DNA of 54,119 bases from a virus (Duplodnaviria; Caudoviricetes), in the IMG/VR virus record IMGVR_UViG_3300022939_001635, positions 1-54,119 of that record; one strand, given 5' to 3'. The notes beneath the pieces are model-generated. The model did no database searches, was not told where the DNA came from, and saw nothing but the letters and a program-made list of their open reading frames with translations. Made by a program: the position numbers and the translations under genes. Of this stretch, positions 48,601 through 54,119 are shown piece after piece. Position 1 is the first letter of the stretch; each line of letters starts with the position of its first letter.

Positions 48601-51600
48601 TTTATCAAGTTCATTGCTAATAGTAAAATCACTAATAAGTTGATCAACTCCTCCTACAGTAATACTAATATCAGCACTACGTGTGCTCACCGGCCATTTT
48701 AAGTTAAATTCTGTTAATCCGCCATTGCCAATAAATGTTTCAGTTTCATCTAGCGTAGTAAACAAATAATTTCCTGTAACACGATCAAAACGCATCAACA
48801 TATGTGTGTTTCTAACTAGGTTATTACCTATGATAGCATAAACGATAGCTTCTTCGCCGTCCTCAGTTAAACTACCGTTAATTGTTACAGTTGGAGTGTT
48901 GAAGTATTTTGCACCACTGGTATTAACATCAATATAACTGATACTGCTACCGCCTAAATATGCAAATCCTTCTAGTGTAGGACCACCTCCTCCACTTACA
49001 GTTACATTAGCTGTATTAGTATAACCACTACCGCCATCAAAAATTACAAACTCTTTGATTTCAAAACCCACATTGTCTAGCCAGTTGCGTTTTGGATATG
49101 TCAATGCACTAGCACTAACGTTTGTTAATTCATTGTTTATAAATTTAATTGCTTCAGGAATCACTCGTCCTGTTTCTGCATCATATGCAGGTGGCAAATC
49201 AAAGTCGGTTGTTACAGTTTGTGTAGGTTCTACTTTTTCATATGCACTGATATATTCACGAACTTTAGTGCTAAATGGTTTTACTTCATTAATGTATTCT
49301 TGATAGTTTGGCAAATTATCATTTTGATATGTGATTTTTTGTTGCAACTCGCCAACATTGTGTTTTGCTGTAACAAAACTGGATTTGAATATCCAATCTA
49401 CATCTATTTGCTCACTTATAGCATAACGAATACTGCTAAAGAATAACTTATTCCACTCAACTTCTAATTGATCAACAAATATATTTTCCTGTATTGTTTT
49501 TAAGATAATTCTTATTTCTTCACTAGGTTCTCTATCATAGAAACTAGTATCATAAATTTGTTTATCGTAACCTACACTGTCGCTTTGATATAACTGGCTA
49601 CTAAATTGTATAGTGCCGTTTTGTCTACCAATTGATTTGTAGTTAACAGTATAATCTACATTTTGTTGGTTGTCAATCTTTTCTAACAACAACCAACCGC
49701 CGCTGCCAATAGTTTCAATTTTTACAACACTACCAATTTTGTCATCTAAACTTTCTAGTGCATAAGCGCCAGGAATAATAAAGTTGATTGCAGTTTCTGA
49801 ATTGTATCCATCAGCATACCAGTCTGTGTAGTTCCAATACAAAGATACATCATAATCTTGTATTTGATTTCTAAACCATTCACCTGTACTGCTAATCCAG
49901 TTGTAAATTGCCCAGAACCCGCCAATGTCACTATCATTTTTAACAAGAACGCTAAACGGACGCACAATTAGTGTAGTATTATCTAAATAATTTTTACCGC
50001 CGTTTAAAACTTCTGCACTGATAATTTGGCCCAAGTTATTGATATAGGTTTTAATTTCGGCACCAGTACCTGTTCCTTCTATAGTTACTGTAGGACCGTG
50101 TCTTGTTGTTCCTTCAGTATAGTTACTGTCAATATAGCCTCTGCCTGGATTTGTAATTGTGACAGATTTAATTTTACCATCTTCAATTACTGGAGTTAAA
50201 ACTGCTTGTGTAATTTTTGCTGTACCGATAAACCTAAGTAAACTTTCGCTTTCAATTTCGGTATCCCAAAGATTACTAAATTTACTTGGCGTTGGATCAA
50301 TTTGCATCAACGGTGAAATATCAAATTCGTCTACTACAACATATTCAGTAAGTATTCCATTTACTCGCTCAATAATTTGTTTTAGAGCTTCTTTTCGGTT
50401 TACAAACATACTTTGATTTGGTTCGTTTAGTATACCAAAGCGTCTAGCAATACTTACTCTTGTATCTGGTAATTGAATATTCTGCTCGTTGTAACCTACC
50501 AAGCTGTCTACCCATTTGTCCACAATATCTGCATTTGGTTTGCTGCTTGCAAGACCTTCAGTTAACAATTGATATTCACTGTGAATATTATTTTCTTCGT
50601 TGTCTGTTGTGTAATAATCAATATGTAGAACAGTATCTTTATCTTTTATTAAATTTCTAACATTGTGTAAAGCATAATTCTTACTATCAAATAAATTGAT
50701 ATATCTATAGCCTTGTGCTGCTGGATCTTTAATTAAATTTTCAACATCTAATGCAGAAATTTTTCTGCCATAGGTATTAGGTAATGTTGTTTTAGATTTT
50801 ACCCAGAAATAATATTTAGGTATTGCAACACCTGTTATAGAATCGTAACTGTTTGCCACAGTATAGGTCTCGTCGCCATATAAACTTGTACCGCTTACAC
50901 CTTCTGCTAAACCTTCAGTTGTATCTGCTAAACTATCCCATTCACTAGGAATGTAATCGCTTTCAACCCACTCATAAATGTCAACATCGAAACCTGGAAT
51001 AATTTGATTCCAAGTATTTGTTTTAAATTGAAGGTCACCTTGATATGGATTATACCACTTTATTGTGTCTAAATTCCACCATAGTTTTCCTACATATTGT
51101 GTTGACCAAAGATCTTTAGTTCCTGTGTCAGTCGAGCCTACATTATATACAGCAGGATCATAGTACAACTTGTATGAAAGTTCTTGTTCAGCTGGTCCAG
51201 CAATACGTCCTTGTATTGGATCAATAAAATCTAAATATGTAATTAAATCTTTTGTGGTATTGTCGTACAACCAAACACCTTTGATTTTGCTTAAATTTAC
51301 GAAAGGTTGAATTTGAGAATTTACTGTCCATGCAGTTGCATTTAAGTCATTTCTAAAATCTTGAATAACTCCGTTATTGTTAGAAGAATCACCAAGTATG
51401 TTTTCAATTGGTTGTGATGGTGCTACCATGTACAAATGGTTTCTATTTAAATATCCATAATTCATATCAGAATCACTAATGTCGGTACTTGACATTAATT
51501 TTTCAGAGTAAATTAATTTGTTATTAATAGTTTCATATAGATATACACGGCTGTTATCAGCAACTTTATCAACAATATTTGTTGCTCCGTTGTCAAAAAT

Positions 51601-54119
51601 AGTTTCTCCACCATCTAACGTAATTTCATATTCGGTGTCACCTCGTTGACTTGTAACAGCTAATTTATCGCCATCTAAATCTACATGCACACCAAATCTA
51701 TTGTTCTTTTCTCCGTCTGGTGAAAATAATTTTTGATCTAAAACAAATTGTTGATTTTCTAATTTATAGACGTATACTTGTCCATTTTTAATTCCAGCTT
51801 CATCTGAGTCGGGCGCTCCAATAGCAAGTTTATCACCTAATGTGTTCAAAGACACACTGTGTCCAAAAAATTCTCCGTCTGTTGGTGAATCTATATTTTG
51901 ATCAAATACATATCTGTTGTTTTGCTTTCTATAAATTGCTACTCTAAATTCGGCACCACTTAATACACCACTGAGTGCTATTACTTCAGCATTATCACTT
52001 ATATCAAATGTAGTACCTACATCTGTTGCTAAACCAAAACCACTGCTGTCCTCGTTATATAAATCTGTGTGATCAGATAAATCTGCTGTTAAATATCCTG
52101 TGTAGTCCACAAATGTGTCTAGCTGATTCCAATGTGCAACATCAAAGGGATTACCTGGGAACACTGTTTGGTTAGCTTGATATAGATTACCTTCATAATA
52201 AACAACTTCGTTTTCTATATACTTTGCAACAGTTTGCCACTCTCCTCTATAATTTTCATCAATATTATAGGCATATGATTCTACATCATTTACACCTTTG
52301 TTATTGATGATGTACAATCTACCATTGTCAGCAAGACTGCGTACATACAAACTATGATCATAATCACCAGGTGATACAACTTTAAGTCCTATACCAAATT
52401 TTTCATTTGTTCCAGGCGCACTACTACAAATTACGTCTATTAGATCAAAAGTATTATCAATCAGTTTTTTGTAAATGTATACAACACCTTGTTGAGTATA
52501 TGACAGAGCAGGTGCGTTTGGATCTGCAGGTATAATTGTTACACGTTGCCAATCTTGGCTTTCTAAATTAATAGTGCTACTTTCAACTGTAACTGTTCTT
52601 TGTGCTTCCCATAATACGCCCTTGCTACTAACAATATCGCCTTGCTCATATTCTTGTAGTGGGTCTAATATACCTTTATATCTACTATGCACATTTGACG
52701 CAAGTGGAGCACCTACATATAGATATAACCCATTGCTAGACATTGCAACACTATCACCAAATTGACTATTGTTGTCGTGATACAACGTGCTTGGTTCTAG
52801 TATTTGATTTAATTTTAATTGTAATGCATCACTCCCACGTGTATACACATATACTTTACCGTCATTGATATCAGGTACGCCTACTGCTAAAACAGTATTA
52901 TTATAACTTGCTGCAATACTTTGTCCAAATAATGTACTGTCTTCTTCAGTTGCTAATATATTTTGAACTTTTTCTAAGATAGGTTTGTTATCATATACAC
53001 CAGAGATACTATCGCCTATATCGTCAATCCAAAATCTATCATTATTTAAATCATAGGTTTGTAGCGCAATGTTTACATCAGTAACTTGAGTAACTCTACG
53101 GATGCAGAATTCACTTACAATACCTAGTGTACTGTCTGCTAAATCAATGAATTCATCACTGATAGGATTATCAGTTTCGATTTCTATATTTGGATTAGTT
53201 ATAGTGCTATCATTGTTGTTAACTATATTTCTTTGAATATTTGTTGCCAGCCAAAATCCGTTTACTTCATCATTGATATTGTTAACACCTATAATAGCAT
53301 CTTCTTCTAATTCAATATTTCTATCAAAATACATTTTAAAACCTAAATCGGTTTTTTCAATGTGTGTAATTTTGTATGGAGCAATTACATGACGATAAAC
53401 CATCCAACTTGTTCCATCTTTTGGTGTCCAAATATATGAACCAATATCTACAGTATCAATATCAACTGTTAAAATATCTTCTAATACTTTTGCCAAAAAG
53501 TCAACCTGATCTAATTTAACATACCCGCCAGTTTTTGTGTATTCATTTACAGTGTTATTAACAGGTAAAAATCCTGCATCATAATCAGCAGGTTTGACTA
53601 GCACATCAGAACTAGGATATTGATAAACTAGATCTGTTCTAGTATTATCTACTTGATTTACCAACTCCATAGTTTGAGGTTCAATTCTAAATTGTTTTTC
53701 GTCTAACTTAAATTCTACTTCATCAAAACTTGTTACAGCACCGTATTGTCCAACACGTATCGCCCATTCTTCATACAATTCAATGCTATCACGATTTGCA
53801 CTTCCTAGTTTGTCAAACAATTTTGTTATACTATTTGACGTACCTTTGTCTTGAATAAATCCTTGGTAGAATTTATACTGACTAACATCATCTTGAATAA
53901 TGTTTGACAAATAATTGCGTTTTTGATAACCAATCAAGTGTTGTGCTAAACGTTGTTGTTCTGCATCAAAATTGTCAGTGTCTAAGTCGTAAAAGTCTGC
54001 AAACTGATTTGCTCTATAATCCCAGTTAGGCTGAAGTTTATTTTCTGGCTTTTCTGGTAATCTTGACCATAATCCAAAATCAAAAGTTTGTGTTCCACTG
54101 TGAGACACTGTTGCTGCAT
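45610..54119 (-). CDS. giant virion structural protein (baseplate wedge/adhesin-like), 5'-truncated
   Basis: >2,830 aa, with the frame still open at the window edge (..GCA GCA ACA GTG). It has FG-GAP-like repeats (FGxSV...GAP...GxVYVY), SVTITNPGRGY / GGSGY repeats seen in T4-like phage structural proteins, and LRRGTLGT near the C-terminus. Confidence 0.8.
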   Translation of the reverse strand, partial: AATVSHSGTQTFDFGLWSRLPEKPENKLQPNWDYRANQFADFYDLDTDNFDAEQQRLAQHLIGYQKRNYLSNIIQDDVSQYKFYQGFIQDKGTSNSITKLFDKLGSANRDSIELYEEWAIRVGQYGAVTSFDEVEFKLDEKQFRIEPQTMELVNQVDNTRTDLVYQYPSSDVLVKPADYDAGFLPVNNTVNEYTKTGGYVKLDQVDFLAKVLEDILTVDIDTVDIGSYIWTPKDGTSWMVYRHVIAPYKITHIEKTDLGFKMYFDRNIELEEDAIIGVNNINDEVNGFWLATNIQRNIVNNNDSTITNPNIEIETDNPISDEFIDLADSTLGIVSEFCIRRVTQVTDVNIALQTYDLNNDRFWIDDIGDSISGVYDNKPILEKVQNILATEEDSTLFGQSIAASYNNTVLAVGVPDINDGKVYVYTRGSDALQLKLNQILEPSTLYHDNNSQFGDSVAMSSNGLYLYVGAPLASNVHSRYKGILDPLQEYEQGDIVSSKGVLWEAQRTVTVESSTINLESQDWQRVTIIPADPNAPALSYTQQGVVYIYKKLIDNTFDLIDVICSSAPGTNEKFGIGLKVVSPGDYDHSLYVRSLADNGRLYIINNKGVNDVESYAYNIDENYRGEWQTVAKYIENEVVYYEGNLYQANQTVFPGNPFDVAHWNQLDTFVDYTGYLTADLSDHTDLYNEDSSGFGLATDVGTTFDISDNAEVIALSGVLSGAEFRVAIYRKQNNRYVFDQNIDSPTDGEFFGHSVSLNTLGDKLAIGAPDSDEAGIKNGQVYVYKLENQQFVLDQKLFSPDGEKNNRFGVHVDLDGDKLAVTSQRGDTEYEITLDGGETIFDNGATNIVDKVADNSRVYLYETINNKLIYSEKLMSSTDISDSDMNYGYLNRNHLYMVAPSQPIENILGDSSNNNGVIQDFRNDLNATAWTVNSQIQPFVNLSKIKGVWLYDNTTKDLITYLDFIDPIQGRIAGPAEQELSYKLYYDPAVYNVGSTDTGTKDLWSTQYVGKLWWNLDTIKWYNPYQGDLQFKTNTWNQIIPGFDVDIYEWVESDYIPSEWDSLADTTEGLAEGVSGTSLYGDETYTVANSYDSITGVAIPKYYFWVKSKTTLPNTYGRKISALDVENLIKDPAAQGYRYINLFDSKNYALHNVRNLIKDKDTVLHIDYYTTDNEENNIHSEYQLLTEGLASSKPNADIVDKWVDSLVGYNEQNIQLPDTRVSIARRFGILNEPNQSMFVNRKEALKQIIERVNGILTEYVVVDEFDISPLMQIDPTPSKFSNLWDTEIESESLLRFIGTAKITQAVLTPVIEDGKIKSVTITNPGRGYIDSNYTEGTTRHGPTVTIEGTGTGAEIKTYINNLGQIISAEVLNGGKNYLDNTTLIVRPFSVLVKNDSDIGGFWAIYNWISSTGEWFRNQIQDYDVSLYWNYTDWYADGYNSETAINFIIPGAYALESLDDKIGSVVKIETIGSGGWLLLEKIDNQQNVDYTVNYKSIGRQNGTIQFSSQLYQSDSVGYDKQIYDTSFYDREPSEEIRIILKTIQENIFVDQLEVEWNKLFFSSIRYAISEQIDVDWIFKSSFVTAKHNVGELQQKITYQNDNLPNYQEYINEVKPFSTKVREYISAYEKVEPTQTVTTDFDLPPAYDAETGRVIPEAIKFINNELTNVSASALTYPKRNWLDNVGFEIKEFVIFDGGSGYTNTANVTVSGGGGPTLEGFAYLGGSSISYIDVNTSGAKYFNTPTVTINGSLTEDGEEAIVYAIIGNNLVRNTHMLMRFDRVTGNYLFTTLDETETFIGNGGLTEFNLKWPVSTRSADISITVGGVDQLISDFTISNELDKNKNFERYKGRITFTNAPANNAEVIINYKKSTDLLTAADRINFFYNPTTGMPGKDLAQLMDGIDYGGVQMDSIGFGESLGWDLQGFGIDFDTFDTNNEDEVIVLDGSTQIVNLSKELEAGVEYNVYLNNVRIDDPEYPGPGTINPNAKMVTITGDGITKTVFLDSDVISTQMDDVVVVRKSTSDGSFTPESVAFDVSLGGGTFETTTATGIDPGEIVVDGDGFVTETTSKGPEEQVPGQVLDTMDITVYNRVSQGQGLIAVRNYITDGNTLEWDFDLLPQTENTVIVTVNGEVIGHDDLVIDFERKVISLADSTVIEANKNLSILCIGTNGVDIVDSDIIVADGTSTLYELPFKFTTDQSIFVTINGVKKERTTEYGYDTNAAGFGVLEFPTVIDAGSIIQYTVYSDNVNQFSEMVVDKTMLVDGDNRVHRFNNEVVVPFIKKPYSHNILVQRSKGSKFLNPGYRKSYTMTLQRDYDIDAWQFEDTTQVNSSDVRVYINNEILDETLWNYDPLNGRVEILSNNIGLIGDKLEIFIIRDAEYFFFNTIATIEGDNANKLAPIPQGTDVAFALSDDSTVVNARVESFTYDGNNAILELQGYVRDLFDLKSTDDTPAIIANDDSTPGLKILDVKLQETDNLVLLEAPEEWEEVNIYTFSNHDINEFERNSYDVVWNTSQAPAGSQEYIDKNLLSTGYVKLQKPALSANYVWVFKNGIIQVPQKDYKITERKDGVQMYEKVDPNDTIDVLQFAAPVSKPKFGFRIFKDILNRFHYKRLNNLNEYELQQPLNYYDQSIQLVDATNLESPNRALGLPGVIWIDKERIEYFSLDGNVLRQLRRGTLGTGIKEQYAANTKVVGQGIEENIPYKDAVYRTKFIGDSSTKQFLLDWTPTSINEFDVYLGGIKLRKDNIVTFDPTIDQDSPEADITIAPEYTMETIVWGDSTRVAIYLADYIDPPADGTIIEIVRKTGRIWNELGKSIADSENEICKFITDKTISLPR

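Noticed and set aside
1431-52765. The many short (60-210 aa) opposite-strand or nested ORFs in the track, e.g. 39371..39997 and 19769..20068
   Set aside because: They lie wholly inside long motif-bearing genes, have no recognisable motifs, and look like antisense or alternate-frame shadows.
54106-54108. GTG at 54108 as the start of the giant protein
   Set aside because: The frame stays open to the window edge, so the real start lies outside the window.
1-54119. Stop-codon reassignment as seen in some large phages
   Set aside because: TAA, TAG (e.g. 1180) and TGA (e.g. 2232) all end genes exactly where the next begins, and coding density under code 11 is near complete.
1-54119. Eukaryotic giant virus or bacterial chromosome origin
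   Set aside because: SD sites, sigma70 promoters, overlapping operonic genes, tail-collar fibres and T4-late-like motifs indicate a tailed phage. No housekeeping genes were seen.
1-54119. tRNA, rRNA, CRISPR array, IS element, intron/intein or intrinsic terminators
   Set aside because: No intergenic gap exceeds about 70 nt, and I recognised no spaced repeats, transposase, splicing motifs or convincing GC hairpin plus U-tract.

Overview
AT-rich, almost fully coding 54 kb segment, most consistent with a large tailed (T4-like/jumbo) phage using genetic code 11. Host-type sigma70 promoters and Shine-Dalgarno sites are present. The right part (37.3-54.1 kb, minus strand) is a virion module: a 5'-truncated >2,830-aa baseplate/adhesin-like protein with FG-GAP-like repeats, three paralogous tail-fibre proteins and two paralogous structural proteins, preceded by T4-late-like ATAA(A/G/T)TA motifs. 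Directly downstream (1-37.3 kb) is a large tailoring-enzyme island. It holds 19 radical SAM genes (13 with an N-terminal Twitch-like Cys domain, 5 of C-terminal-Cys-domain types, 1 cobalamin-dependent), 4 glycosyltransferase-like genes, 4 SGNH-like acyl hydrolase/transferases, 2 QueC-like PP-loop ATPases, an SDR, a nitroreductase fusion, a methyltransferase, and an adenylation enzyme with a GNAT-like partner. Thirty of these genes form one nearly gapless >29 kb run behind a near-consensus, apparently leaderless sigma70 promoter. My best hypothesis, which is inference only, is a phage-encoded glycan or surface hyper-modification system acting on virion proteins, whose largest member looks enriched in a D-S-T tripeptide that could be the acceptor site. 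I recognised no rRNA, tRNA, CRISPR array or transposase. All family calls come from motifs read by eye, not from database searches.
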